Shown here: in pieces, positions 41,072-51,560 of the stretch
How positions within the stretch are numbered: position 1 is the stretch's first letter
Layout: each line of letters opens with the position of its first letter
Assembly: GCA_965223345.1 (NCBI GenBank)
Contig: CBDCWG010000012.1
Location: forward strand, 1,312,001 to 1,376,000
Direction: 5' to 3'
DNA from: Nitrospinales bacterium
Lineage (GTDB): Bacteria; Nitrospinota; Nitrospinia; Nitrospinales; VA-1
DNA: 64,000 nucleotides
The notes under the pieces: model-generated
Database searches by the model: none
What the model was told of the DNA's origin: nothing
The model's input: only the letters and a program-made list of their open reading frames with translations
Program-made: the position numbers and the translations under genes

Positions 41072-42176
41072 ATGCTGGAGGATTTCAAAAAAGGCTACGA
41101 GGACATGGAACGACGGGTGGGGCTGCTTCGGAGGTATCTTTGACGTCGATCGCCACTTGAAGGAGATCGAAGCGCTCGATGAGGAAGTGGCCCGGCCGGG
41201 CTTCTGGGACGACAACGAAGCGGCGCAGAAGACCCTGCAGAAACGCTCGGGCCTGCAGCGATCGGTCGATATCTGGAAGGAACTCAACCAGGAGGGCGAG
41301 GACCTGCAGGCCATGATCGAGCTGCTGGCCGAAGAGGAAGACGCCTCTCTGGCCGAGGAAATCAAGACCACGCTGGAAGCGCTGCAAGGGAAGCTGTCGC
41401 AGGCGGAACTCAAGGCGATGCTCTCGGGAGACAGCGATCTCAACAACGCCATCCTTTCCATCAACTCCGGCGCCGGCGGCACGGAGTCGCAGGACTGGGC
41501 CCACATGCTGCTGCGCATGTACACCCGCTGGGCCGACCGCAACGGCTACAAATGCGAAATCCTCGACATGCAGTACGGTGAGGAAGCCGGGATCAAAAGC
41601 GCCACGGTGCTGATCAGCGGAGATTACGCTTACGGCTACCTGAAAGCGGAGATCGGCGTGCACCGGCTGGTGCGCATCTCGCCGTTCGATTCCAACAAGC
41701 GCCGCCACACCTCGTTCGCGTCGGTGTTCGTGTACCCGGAAGTGCAGGACGAAGTCGAGGTGGAAGTGAAAGAGGAAGACCTCAAGATCGATGTGTACCG
41801 CGCCTCCGGCCCCGGCGGGCAGGGCGTGAACACGACCGATTCGGCGGTGCGGCTGACGCACGTGCCCACGGGGATCATCGTGCAGTGCCAGAACGAGCGC
41901 TCGCAGTTCAAGAACAAGGCCTCGGCGATGAAGGTTTTGAAGTCGCGCCTGTACGAGCTGGAGATGGAGAAGCAGGAAGAAGAAAAGAAAGAGATGGAAA
42001 AGCAGAAGAAAAAAATCGAGTGGGGCAGCCAGATCCGCTCTTACGTTCTGCATCCCTACCGCATGGCGAAGGATCTGCGCACCAATGTGGAGATGGGCAA
42101 TGTGGACGCGGTGCTGGACGGCGATCTGGAAAAATTCATCGAAGCGTATCTGCTGCAGAGCAAGGAAACGGCGTGA
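41072..42176 (+). CDS. prfB: peptide chain release factor 2, +1 programmed frameshift (join 41072..41140,41142..42176)
   Basis: 23-codon first ORF ending GGAGG-TAT-CTT-TGA-C; SPF and GGQ motifs in the +1 frame. Confidence 0.97.
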
Positions 42177-43213
42177 AACCGATTCTGCATCCCAGACTGG
42201 TGAACGATCGCTTCGGCGACCCGGGCCTGCTCGTGCAGTTTCTGTTCGAGAGACGGGCGCTGCTGTTCGATCTGGGGGACATCTCCGCCCTGCCCAACAG
42301 CACGCTGCTCAAGGTCAGCCACGTGTTCGTCAGCCACACGCACATCGATCATTTTTACGGTTTCGACCACCTGCTGCGCATGGTGTTCGGCCGCGGCAAG
42401 ACGCTGACGCTGTACGGTCCGGAAAACTTCATCGCCAACGTCGAGGGGAAGCTCAAGGGCTTCACCTGGAACCTGGTGGACCGCTACACGCAGTCGATCA
42501 CCATCGAAGCGGTGGAGGTGCACGCCGACCATCTGCGCAAAGCGGTGTTCCGCGCTGCCGACAAGTTCGGGCGCACACAGGAGGAACGGCTTCCTTTCGC
42601 GGACGGCGTTCTGCTGGAGGAGCCCACGTTTTTCGTGCGCGCGGCGATTCTGGAACACCGGGTCCCCTGCCTGGGGTTTGCGCTGGAAGAAAAAAAGCAC
42701 GTGAACGTGAACAAGGACCGGCTCACAGCGATGCAGGTCGCCGCCGGCCCCTGGTTGAACGAACTGAAACGGCTTATCTGCGAAGAGACGCCGGACGCGT
42801 TTGCCATCCGCGTTCCCCTGAGCGGCAACGGCGAGAAGCGGTACCGGGAGATGACGCTGGGCGAGCTGAAAGACGATCTGTTCACCGTCAGTGACGGTCA
42901 GAAAATCGCCTACGTGGTGGACACGGTGTTCAACGATGCGAACAACCGGCGCATCGTCGATCTGGTGCGCGGGGCGGACCTGTTTTTCTGCGAGTCGCCG
43001 TTTCTCGCGGACGAAGTCGAGCGCGCACGCGACCGCTGCCACCTCACCTCGAGGCAGGCAGGGCTGCTCGCCCGGCAGGCCGGGGTCCGCAAGCTGCAGA
43101 CCTTTCATTTTTCGCCCAAGCATTCCGGCGAGCAGGACCGGCTTGACCGCGAAGCGCAGGAAGCGTTCCGCGAGGGCGGAACCGCCGCGTCCGGATGGAC
43201 CGCGTCCCCTTGA
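42173..43213 (+). CDS. RNase Z-like metallo-beta-lactamase-fold hydrolase
   Basis: SHTHIDHF, FDLG, YVVDT, HLT and HFSPKH motifs; GTGA overlap with prfB. Confidence 0.85.
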   Translation: MKPILHPRLVNDRFGDPGLLVQFLFERRALLFDLGDISALPNSTLLKVSHVFVSHTHIDHFYGFDHLLRMVFGRGKTLTLYGPENFIANVEGKLKGFTWNLVDRYTQSITIEAVEVHADHLRKAVFRAADKFGRTQEERLPFADGVLLEEPTFFVRAAILEHRVPCLGFALEEKKHVNVNKDRLTAMQVAAGPWLNELKRLICEETPDAFAIRVPLSGNGEKRYREMTLGELKDDLFTVSDGQKIAYVVDTVFNDANNRRIVDLVRGADLFFCESPFLADEVERARDRCHLTSRQAGLLARQAGVRKLQTFHFSPKHSGEQDRLDREAQEAFREGGTAASGWTASP

Positions 43214-43294
43214 ATGTCGGGACGCGCGGTGTTTTTCTTTAGCTGAGATCTGCAGAAGGTCTGTTTTTATCCTCCCCTTTTTTGGAGTCCATCC

Positions 43295-43993
43295 ATGCCC
43301 TCCGAAGCGGGTGAATCGAAACCGCGGCTTTCTTTTCCGGCGTTTTTCTTCATCAAGCTCAAGCAGATTGTGTTTCCCGGGTCGCAGCCGTTCTGGGAAT
43401 CCCGCTATGCGGCCGGCGGCAATTCGGGAAACGGGTCGTACGGTGCACTCGCTGATTTCAAGGCGGAGGTGATCAACGGGTTTGTGGAGAAAAAACAGAT
43501 TCGCACGGTGGTGGAATTCGGTTGCGGCGACGGCAATCAATTGCGCCTCGGCCGCTATCCCCAATACACCGGGCTCGATGTTTCCGCATCCGCCATTGCC
43601 CGCTGCCGGGACCGGTTCTGTGAGGACGCGACGAAAAGTTTTTTCCTCTACAGCCCGGATCATTTCGTCGATCGCAACGGCCTGTTCCGTGCGGAGCTCG
43701 CGCTCTCCCTGGATGTCGTGTATCACTTGGTGGAGGCCCCGGTTTTCGAAACCTACATGGCGCATCTGTTCGGCGCGGCGGAAAAATACGTGATCGTCTA
43801 CTCCAGCAACGTGGAGCAATCCGGAGGCATGCGGGCGAAGCATGTGCGGCACCGGCACTTCAGCCGGTTTGTGGAGGACCGGTTTGCAGACTGGCGTCTG
43901 ATCGAAACGATCCCCAACCGGATCACCGGTCCCGCAAACAGCGAAAAACGTCCCAGCATCGATTTTTTTATCTTCGAGTTCTGTCCCTCCTGA
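43295..43993 (+). CDS. class I SAM methyltransferase
   Basis: WESRYAAGGNSGNGS, VEFGCGDG, SLDVVYHL. Confidence 0.88.
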   Translation: MPSEAGESKPRLSFPAFFFIKLKQIVFPGSQPFWESRYAAGGNSGNGSYGALADFKAEVINGFVEKKQIRTVVEFGCGDGNQLRLGRYPQYTGLDVSASAIARCRDRFCEDATKSFFLYSPDHFVDRNGLFRAELALSLDVVYHLVEAPVFETYMAHLFGAAEKYVIVYSSNVEQSGGMRAKHVRHRHFSRFVEDRFADWRLIETIPNRITGPANSEKRPSIDFFIFEFCPS

Positions 43994-44032
43994 ACCATCG
44001 GGGACGCGTGAATCCCGTCTCCTGGTAAACGG

Positions 44033-45526
44033 ATGCTTGTTGTCGATTTTGGATCCCTGCTGATCCTCACTTATATCTTTACCGCACGCCTGAGAGAGGT
44101 GCGTCCGGTTGCGGAACGGGCGGCGCTGGCGTTCGCTTTGGCGCTGGGGCTCAAAAGCCTGATGGTGTATGCGCTCATCGTTCTGGGTGTGCGCCCGGAC
44201 CGGTGGGTTCAGACGAGCTTCAGCATCGCCGCCTTGTATGGCGGCGCGCTCTGGGTCTGGCTGCGCAAACGCAGCCCGAGCGCACCCACCCCCGTGTGTG
44301 GCAACCCGTCGCCGGTTTCATGGCTTCCTTTCACGATTCTGAGTTCGCTGGTGCTGTTGAGTCTCGTCAACGCCCTGTATTTCCCGATCGCGGAGGTGGA
44401 CGGCATCTGGTATCAACTGCGGGGAAAGGTGTTTTTCCATGAGGTGCGGTTCGATTCGGACACCCTGAACGCCCAGTTTCGCCAGTACCCGCCGATGGTG
44501 CCGCTACTGCACGCGACTCTCTACGCATTCGACATCGCCGGCGCAAAAATTTTGTTTCCCTTGCTGTACCTTTGCCTTCTGATCCTGTTTTTTTTCGGGT
44601 TGGAGCGGTTGTCCAAGAGCCGCAAACAGTCCGCGGTGTTCACGCTGATCCTGGCGAGCACGCCGTATTTCTGGTGGCACAGCACGCTGCCGTTTCTGGA
44701 TCTGACCACCGCGTTTTATTTTTCCATCGGCGCGCTGTACTGGTTTTCTCTTATTCAAAAAGAAGGAGAGGCTGATTGCGCGACCGCGCGGCTGAGCGGG
44801 CTGTTTTTCGGGCTGGCCGCCTGGAACCGGCCCGAGTTTTTGCTGTACGGGTTCATCCCGCTTGCGATCTGGATTTTCGTTTTGCACCGCGATGAAACCC
44901 TGGGTTTGCAGGAACGCCGCCGCCTGCTGTGGGCGTTCGCATTGCCCCTGCTCGCCCTCCCGACGCTCTGGCTGGGCACGCTGCTCGGATTCGAATCCGC
45001 GCTCGAACGGCGTATTCCCGCTCTCGCCGCCGCCTGTGCCGCGCAATGGCTGGGGGTGGGGATTGTGTCCTGCACGCGGTTGCCGCTCGAGCGGCTGCGG
45101 CCGGGATGGATGGCCGTGGCGGGGTTTCTGCTGTTTTTGACGGTGATCGTTTTTTTCGGGCCGCAGTCCGTGTCCGCCGGCAAGGCGCTGGCAATCGCGT
45201 TCAGCCGCACGCTTTCCGTGCAGATTTTTTATTCGTTCAGCGTGTTCCTGGTGCTGCTGCTGTGGCTGGAACGAGGGGCGGCCTGGCCGCCGTCTTTGCG
45301 ATGGCTGGGGATGTTTCTGATCGCGTATCTCGGCGTGCATTTCATGTTGTTTGCCTATTCGGAACCGCGCTGGACCGAGATGGGCGCGTTCGTGGAGGCG
45401 ACCTTTCGATCCCCCGGCAACTCGGTCAACCTCTCGGACACGCGCGGGATGATGGCGTGGTACCCGGTGTTCCTGTTTTTCATTTCCCGTTTTGCGAGCG
45501 TGAGGAGGGCTTTCGATGCGGCATGA
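44033..45526 (+). CDS. polytopic membrane protein, GT-C/ArnT-like
   Basis: >10 TM segments; EVDGIWY loop, QYPPMVP, AWNRPE. Confidence 0.7.
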   Translation: MLVVDFGSLLILTYIFTARLREVRPVAERAALAFALALGLKSLMVYALIVLGVRPDRWVQTSFSIAALYGGALWVWLRKRSPSAPTPVCGNPSPVSWLPFTILSSLVLLSLVNALYFPIAEVDGIWYQLRGKVFFHEVRFDSDTLNAQFRQYPPMVPLLHATLYAFDIAGAKILFPLLYLCLLILFFFGLERLSKSRKQSAVFTLILASTPYFWWHSTLPFLDLTTAFYFSIGALYWFSLIQKEGEADCATARLSGLFFGLAAWNRPEFLLYGFIPLAIWIFVLHRDETLGLQERRRLLWAFALPLLALPTLWLGTLLGFESALERRIPALAAACAAQWLGVGIVSCTRLPLERLRPGWMAVAGFLLFLTVIVFFGPQSVSAGKALAIAFSRTLSVQIFYSFSVFLVLLLWLERGAAWPPSLRWLGMFLIAYLGVHFMLFAYSEPRWTEMGAFVEATFRSPGNSVNLSDTRGMMAWYPVFLFFISRFASVRRAFDAA

Positions 45527-46025
45527 AGGCCGAGCGGTGCGCCGGTTTCTGTATGCTGTGATCGCGGGCAATCTTATCGTACTTGCGGGCATCTTCATCC
45601 TGCCGCGGCTGGTGTTCATGACCGAGCATGGGAGCATCCCGCACGCACAGAGACTGGAGACATCCGGCCCCTCGGACATGCCCAACCAGTTTGCGGATGT
45701 GTACCGGCGTTTTCTGAAAATCCGCGGACACATCCCGTTGTCCGCGCGCGTGTTCGTGCCGCCCAAGGAGGGACCGCGCGGCACGGTGCGCGCGCCGATG
45801 CTGCAGATGCTGTATCCGAGACAAGTTCATTTCGCGGACGACGCCGATTTTGCAGAACAAAAAGAGCGCGCTCTGCGAACGGGAGAAAAAATCTATATCG
45901 TCTTCGATGCGGAACGGACTGCCGCAGAATGCGGCCAGGACCCGCTGTTCAGGGACGGGCGCTCGGGATGGGGGGTGTGCCGTCTTGCGGGGCGGGCTGA
46001 CGGGGAACGAGCAGCAGGTTTCTAA
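45516..46025 (+). CDS. hypothetical membrane-anchored protein
   Basis: One N-terminal TM; start overlaps the upstream stop; GGAGG-like RBS. Confidence 0.6.
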   Translation: MRHEGRAVRRFLYAVIAGNLIVLAGIFILPRLVFMTEHGSIPHAQRLETSGPSDMPNQFADVYRRFLKIRGHIPLSARVFVPPKEGPRGTVRAPMLQMLYPRQVHFADDADFAEQKERALRTGEKIYIVFDAERTAAECGQDPLFRDGRSGWGVCRLAGRADGERAAGF

Positions 46026-46944
46026 AGCAGAACGCCAGAACGAACGCCGTCAACCACTCGAACAGGCGATCGACCACGGTGGCGACGAGGCCCGCCTGGA
46101 AACCGGTTCCGATGAGGTTCGCTAAAAATCCCACCGCCAGTTCCCGCGAGCCGAGGTCGCTCTGCAACAGCGGCAGCACCCGTACGAACACCATGGCCGT
46201 CGAGAATAAAATGCAGGCGACGAGGCCAGTGTTCACGCCGACCACACTGCAGGCCAGATACAGGCGCAACGCACCGGCCAGGACTAGGGTGACATTGTAA
46301 GCGCACAAAGTCTGGAACAACGGCCGGTTCTTCAGCAGCCTGTCGAGCGAGTCCAGGGCCTGAGAAAGGGCCTGGGACAGGCGGGAACGGCCTGGTGTGA
46401 AACGAAACGTGCGTCGTTTCATCAGAAATAGCAGCGTGGCGATGACAAAAAAAACGGCGGCGGCCCAGCCGAACGGTTGCCCCAATTGTAAGGAAAGATA
46501 CAGGGACGCGACGCCGGCCGTCAACGCGTTGATGAATAAAATGATCAGGTGATCTGCGCCGAGGGTGCCGATGAAACGCGAATAGGAAAAACCGTGCCTT
46601 CGTTTCAAATGATTGGACACGGTGAGCGAGCCGGATTTGAAAAGCAGGCAGTTCAACGCAAAGGAAATGGAGGCCAGGCCGAATCCCTCTTTTGCCTGCA
46701 GGCGGATGCCGTGCGCGTCGAGGATGCGCCTGAGCTTGAGACCGTTGACCGCGATGCCGAGAACGACGAGGGCGATCAATCCCAGAGCTTGAGCGGCGGA
46801 GATGCCGCGCAGCAGGCGCCAGTCCTCGCGGTAGTGGTAGAGGAAATAGCCGAGGAGGACGGCGAACGCGGTGGTGACGAGGACGCCCAGCCAGCGCGGT
46901 CTCCAAGAGGGGGACGCGGATGCGGTGGGCGTTTCAGTTTTCAT
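45949..46944 (-). CDS. lysylphosphatidylglycerol-synthase TM-domain (flippase-like) protein
   Basis: ~8 TM segments; LGSRELA and VVDRLF motifs. Confidence 0.75.
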   Translation of the reverse strand: MKTETPTASASPSWRPRWLGVLVTTAFAVLLGYFLYHYREDWRLLRGISAAQALGLIALVVLGIAVNGLKLRRILDAHGIRLQAKEGFGLASISFALNCLLFKSGSLTVSNHLKRRHGFSYSRFIGTLGADHLIILFINALTAGVASLYLSLQLGQPFGWAAAVFFVIATLLFLMKRRTFRFTPGRSRLSQALSQALDSLDRLLKNRPLFQTLCAYNVTLVLAGALRLYLACSVVGVNTGLVACILFSTAMVFVRVLPLLQSDLGSRELAVGFLANLIGTGFQAGLVATVVDRLFEWLTAFVLAFCFRNLLLVPRQPAPQDGTPPIPSARP

Positions 46945-48040
46945 GGAACGGTTTCAATGAGTCGAGGATGATGCCGGTGGGCGAACACGCGTCTGTGAGC
47001 GGCGCTCTTCTGAAATCCGGATAGCGGCGCACGAAATCGTCGATGATCGCTTTGTCGAAGCGCGACAGCACCACGTTTTCTCCCAGACCCTCGCTCCGTT
47101 CGGTTTCCTCGCGCAGCAGCAGGCAGGGGACGCCCATGTAAAAGCTCTCTTCCTGATTGCTGCCGCCGTCGCTGACGATGAACTGCGTTTTGCGGATCAT
47201 GCGGTTGAAAGCAAAAAAATCCAGCCGCGGCAACAGCTCGATGTCCGGTGTGCCCGCCAGCCGGTCGTACAGGCCGAATCTTTTCAGAGCGACGCGTGTG
47301 GGCGGGTGCAGTATGAAGCGGAGCGGCAGGGTCTGCGCGATGCCGGCGATGCAGTCCACGGCTTTGTGCAGCGTCCGCTGGCGCGAGATGGTTTCATAGC
47401 GGTGCAGGGTGACGAGTGCGAATTTCTCCCGGGATGCTTCCGCTGCCGCCGGCCCGCCGTTTCTATCGGCGGCCAGCCGCAGGGCATCGAGCAGGGTGTT
47501 GAACCGGGTGTGGTGGATTTCTTTGTGGTACGGTTCGACGTTTTCAACGGCCCTGGCGTCCTGACAGAAGAAGATGTCGATCACGCCCAGCCGCGAAGCG
47601 AGGACGCGGGTCAGCTCTTCTGGAAACGGTCTGAAGAAATTGAAGGAACGCAGCCCCGCCTCGATCTGCGCGACTTTCAGGCCCTGGAACTTGGCCAGCA
47701 ATCCACCCAGCAGCAGGGGCGGCGCGTCTCCGTGTATCAGCACCACGCCGTTTTTATCGCCTTTGAAAATTTCCTGCCGCCGCCGCCAGCCTCCGGCCAG
47801 CACCTTGAGGGACCAGACGATCATCTCCCGGGTGCGCGTGATGTCCTTCCCCCAGTCTTCCAGCACGGTGTCGGGCGGTTTGACGCCGAACTGATCGAGA
47901 ATCTCCTGCAGCGTTTCCTTGTGCTGGGCGAGCAGGATGAAGTTGTAGGGGATGCCGCGGTCCTGCAGGCCTCTGAGGACGGGGGCCATCTTGATGGCCT
48001 GTGCGCGGGTTCCCAGGATCGCGTGAATCATGGCGGTCAC
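46934..48040 (-). CDS. UDP-N-acetylglucosamine 2-epimerase-like protein
   Basis: GTRAQAIKMAP, HGD, EAGLRS, PFPEE, TLHR, QEE. Confidence 0.85.
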   Translation of the reverse strand: MTAMIHAILGTRAQAIKMAPVLRGLQDRGIPYNFILLAQHKETLQEILDQFGVKPPDTVLEDWGKDITRTREMIVWSLKVLAGGWRRRQEIFKGDKNGVVLIHGDAPPLLLGGLLAKFQGLKVAQIEAGLRSFNFFRPFPEELTRVLASRLGVIDIFFCQDARAVENVEPYHKEIHHTRFNTLLDALRLAADRNGGPAAAEASREKFALVTLHRYETISRQRTLHKAVDCIAGIAQTLPLRFILHPPTRVALKRFGLYDRLAGTPDIELLPRLDFFAFNRMIRKTQFIVSDGGSNQEESFYMGVPCLLLREETERSEGLGENVVLSRFDKAIIDDFVRRYPDFRRAPLTDACSPTGIILDSLKPFHEN

Positions 48041-48993
48041 AAAAGGTGTTCTTCGGATTCGAGTTCGGTTTTTTTGATGCGCACCTGAATGTCTTCCAAA
48101 AGCTGGCGGTTGATGGCGATCAGTTCGGCGGCGATGCCCATCATGATGATCTGAAAACCGACGATGAGCAGGATGGCGGACAGGATGAGGGATTGCACAT
48201 GACCCTCGGTGCGTCCCTGAAAGAAAAAAAACAGGTAACGGCAGCCGATGGCGAAGCCGGTGAGAAACGACGCGCCGCCGGCCAGCGTGAACACCTTGAG
48301 CGGCTTGTACATGGAATACACTTTGATCAGCGTGACCAGGGTCCGCAGCAGGTAGACGCGGATACTGGGAAACAGCCTCGACTCGCGCAGCTTGCGGTTG
48401 GTGCGCACCGGCACGTGGGCGATGGCCAGATTTTTCTTGCCGGCGCTGATGATGGTCTCGACGGTGTAGGTGAAATCCGAGACCACGTTGAGTTCCAGCG
48501 CCGCCTGGCGGGAATAGGCGCGGAAGCCGCTGGTGGCGTCGGGAACTTGGGTGCCGGAAAGCTGGCGCACCACCCAGCTGCCGAATTTCTGCAGCCAGAT
48601 TTTGAGCGGGGAAAAATGCAGGATCGTCTCGACCCGCCGGTCGCCGATGACGAGGTCGGCCCGTCCTTCCAGGATCGGCCGGATCAGCGCGGGGATGTCG
48701 CCTGCGTGGTACTGGTTGTCCGCATCGGTGTTGACGATGATGTCCGCGCCCAGTTTCAGGGCGTGGTTGATCCCGTAATTGAAGGCTTTGGCCAGTCCCT
48801 TGTTGCTGGTGAAGCGGAGGATGTGATCCACGCGGCAGCGGCGCGCCACCTCGACGGTGCGATCGCTGCTGCCGTCATCGATGATCAGGGTTTCGATGAC
48901 GTCGATGCCCTCGATGTGCCGCGGCAGGTCGCGCAGCGTGTCCGGCAGGGTGTCTTCCTCGTTCAGGCAGGGGATCTGTATGATGAGTTTCAC
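48037..48993 (-). CDS. DPM-synthase-like GT2 with two C-terminal TM segments
   Basis: IPCLNEE, DDGSSD, TDADNQY, DATSGFRAY. Confidence 0.92.
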   Translation of the reverse strand: MKLIIQIPCLNEEDTLPDTLRDLPRHIEGIDVIETLIIDDGSSDRTVEVARRCRVDHILRFTSNKGLAKAFNYGINHALKLGADIIVNTDADNQYHAGDIPALIRPILEGRADLVIGDRRVETILHFSPLKIWLQKFGSWVVRQLSGTQVPDATSGFRAYSRQAALELNVVSDFTYTVETIISAGKKNLAIAHVPVRTNRKLRESRLFPSIRVYLLRTLVTLIKVYSMYKPLKVFTLAGGASFLTGFAIGCRYLFFFFQGRTEGHVQSLILSAILLIVGFQIIMMGIAAELIAINRQLLEDIQVRIKKTELESEEHLL

Positions 48994-50690
48994 GATGGCG
49001 AGGGCTCCCGCTGCAGGCGAAACACGGTCACCGTGTTCGCGGAATCGTGGGAACGGAATCGATGCAGCTGCACATCGTAGGCGTTGTTGATACGCGCCGC
49101 AGCGATGTCGGTCGGGATCTCCCGGTACGGATGGCGGTCGAGGATCGATCTCAGAACGCGGGACACCGCATCCCCGGGCGGCGCGCTGCGAAAGCCGATG
49201 CGGTCGCCGCGCAGGATGATCCAGTCCGGCCGGTGCTGCTCGTTGAGCGTGTCGTTGGAGAAGACGCGCATTCCGGTGTGGAACGCCAGCGCTTCCGGCT
49301 CGTTGTCAATATAGCACGTTTCTCCGGGGCGCCCGTTGATTTTAAGAAATTCCACGATGGCGTCCAAGGGGCCGCGGTAGGGATGAAGCAGTTCGCGGCC
49401 GTAGCGCTGCAGCGACGAATTGATTGAAACTTCTCTTTGGAACGTGCGCGCTGCGTAGTTCAGGTAAACATCGTTGCGGATCCAGCGCGCCTCGGGCGAG
49501 AAAAATGGCTTGAGCGGGAGAAGCGGCGCGACGTGCAGGACATTGGAGACGATCAGCACCGCCGCAACTGCCGATCGAACGAGCCTGCCGCCGGGCAGGC
49601 ATTCGATCACCACGACCGCGAGCAGGAAAAACAACAGAGGCAGCGCCGCGGCGACGTACTGGTGCAGGGGAATCGAATGCAGGGACCCCGTCGCAAACAC
49701 GGCGGCGATGACGATCCCGCAAAGCCGCACCGGATCGGCAGGGTGGCGGGGGGAGTGCAGCCACAAAAACGGCAGCAGGATGAACGGGAAAAAATAATTG
49801 TTGGCCTGAAAGAGGAACGCCGCGAAGTGCTTGAGCCAGCCCCAGGCGGAGGTGTCGATGAGATCGCTGGTCGCATGGTAGAAGGCGGCGACGTGGGTGA
49901 ATACGGGGAAGATGAATGCCATCCACGGAACGCTGAAGGCGGCGACGACGAGCGCGCTGAGCCCGATTTTTCTCCACGTCTCCGCGGCGACGGCTCTTCT
50001 GTGGATGAAGCTGTGCAGCAGCAGGCCCAGGATCACACCGGCGAACTCGACGTACATGGTGTGGAAGTACACAATGGCGGTCACGGTGAAAGGCCACGGG
50101 TTCCATTTTTTCCGCTCGAAGATCTGCGTGTAGCAATAAAGCAGGACCGGTGTGAAGAGGATGGGCAGGGTGATGTAGCGGGCCGTGCGGAAATAGAGCA
50201 GGGCAGGCACCGAGCAGGCCAGAAACAGCGCCGCCGTGAAGGCAATGGATTTGCGGCCGCTCCATTTGAGCGCCAGAAAGTACAGGGCGATCACCGACAG
50301 CACACCGGCCAGCGCAAACGGCAGGCGGGCCGCGAAGGCGGTGTTTCCGAACAGAGCCAGCGAAGCGGCCTGCAGGTAATAGGGCACCCAGGTCCGGTAG
50401 ACGAAAAGCCCCTCGCGCACATCCGCAAACAGCATGGTGGTGTTGGTTCCGTCGCTGTGCTGCGGCAGGCCGCTTTTTAAAATGGTTGTGCTGATGAAGG
50501 TGTCCGCGCCTTCATCCGTCTGCAGGACGTTTTCTCCGAGGCCGGAAAAAATCAGCAGGGCGGCGCAGGGGATCAGAAACCACAAGGCGGGGTGGGCGGT
50601 GAGAACGGCGCGCAACCGGGACAACCAGCCGTGGCCTAAGGAAGCACGGGCCGGCAAAGAAACCGTGGCGTTTTTTGCGCTGTATTCCAA
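48990..50690 (-). CDS. ArnT/PMT (GT39/GT83)-like membrane glycosyltransferase
   Basis: LQTDEG after TM1, AARLPFAL, RTARY; start codon uncertain. Confidence 0.8.
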   Translation of the reverse strand: MEYSAKNATVSLPARASLGHGWLSRLRAVLTAHPALWFLIPCAALLIFSGLGENVLQTDEGADTFISTTILKSGLPQHSDGTNTTMLFADVREGLFVYRTWVPYYLQAASLALFGNTAFAARLPFALAGVLSVIALYFLALKWSGRKSIAFTAALFLACSVPALLYFRTARYITLPILFTPVLLYCYTQIFERKKWNPWPFTVTAIVYFHTMYVEFAGVILGLLLHSFIHRRAVAAETWRKIGLSALVVAAFSVPWMAFIFPVFTHVAAFYHATSDLIDTSAWGWLKHFAAFLFQANNYFFPFILLPFLWLHSPRHPADPVRLCGIVIAAVFATGSLHSIPLHQYVAAALPLLFFLLAVVVIECLPGGRLVRSAVAAVLIVSNVLHVAPLLPLKPFFSPEARWIRNDVYLNYAARTFQREVSINSSLQRYGRELLHPYRGPLDAIVEFLKINGRPGETCYIDNEPEALAFHTGMRVFSNDTLNEQHRPDWIILRGDRIGFRSAPPGDAVSRVLRSILDRHPYREIPTDIAAARINNAYDVQLHRFRSHDSANTVTVFRLQREPSPS

Positions 50691-50701
50691 ACAGAAACCC
50701 T

Positions 50702-51505
50702 ATGTTATCATTGGTCCCGGACTCATTAGCTGTATCGGACGATCGATCCCGCACCTTTATCCCGGACCTTCCCTTGAGCCTGGAATCTCCCAATCTATCC
50801 GTCGTGGTTCTGGCCTACCGCAGCGCCGACACCCTGCCGGATTTCGTCCAATCTCTCAAAAACTTGCTGGAAGAAAACGATCCGGATTGGGAGATGATCC
50901 TGGTGGGCAATTTCATCGAGGACTCCGGCGATCCGACGCCGGATGTGGTGCGCCGGCTGGCGGACGCGCATGCCAAAATCCGGGCTCTGACGGAGGTGAA
51001 GCGGGGAATGATGGGCTGGGACATGCGCAGCGGTCTTAAGGCGGCGAACGGCAAGGTGATCGCGGTGATCGACGGGGACGGGCAGATGCCCGCGGAAGAT
51101 GTGGTCCGGGTGTACCGGCTGCTCATCGAGAACGGTCTGGACTTCGCCAAAACCTTCCGGGTGCAGCGGGACGACGGCCCCTACCGGAAAATCATTTCCG
51201 GGGTTTACAATCTCTTATTCGGGATTCTGTTTCCCGGCATGGGCTGCAGGGACATCAATTCCAAACCCAAGTTGATGACGCGCGCGGCCTACCGGAAGCT
51301 GAATCTGACCTCAAACGGCTGGTTCATCGACGCGGAGATCATGATCCAGGCGCGGCGGTTCGGTTTTAAAATCGGTGAAATCGAAACGGTGTTTCACGAA
51401 ATCGATTCGAGACCTTCATTTGTGCGGCCGCTGTCGATCCTCGAATTCATGGCCAACCTGATCTGGTTTCGCATCCTCGAATTCTTCCGTTCTTCCAAAA
51501 ACTAA
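50702..51505 (+). CDS. DPM-synthase-like GT2 glycosyltransferase
   Basis: LSVVVLAY, IDGDGQ, DINSKPKL, WFIDAE; true start may be TTG 50774. Confidence 0.85.
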   Translation: MLSLVPDSLAVSDDRSRTFIPDLPLSLESPNLSVVVLAYRSADTLPDFVQSLKNLLEENDPDWEMILVGNFIEDSGDPTPDVVRRLADAHAKIRALTEVKRGMMGWDMRSGLKAANGKVIAVIDGDGQMPAEDVVRVYRLLIENGLDFAKTFRVQRDDGPYRKIISGVYNLLFGILFPGMGCRDINSKPKLMTRAAYRKLNLTSNGWFIDAEIMIQARRFGFKIGEIETVFHEIDSRPSFVRPLSILEFMANLIWFRILEFFRSSKN

Positions 51506-51560
51506 AACAGGCGAGGACGACAAACGCAATGCAGGGAGAGTCGCGAATGGGTGGATTTGC

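Noticed and set aside
41064..41141. ORF-track N-terminus of RF2 (MIACWRISK...) or a prfB pseudogene call
   Set aside because: Explained by the programmed frameshift from the ORF starting at 41072
40973..41542. Upstream extension of the GT2 ORF 39968..41542; likewise 36927..37310, 41885..42172 and 54900..55214
   Set aside because: These overlap real neighbouring genes; homologous motifs begin only at the downstream starts
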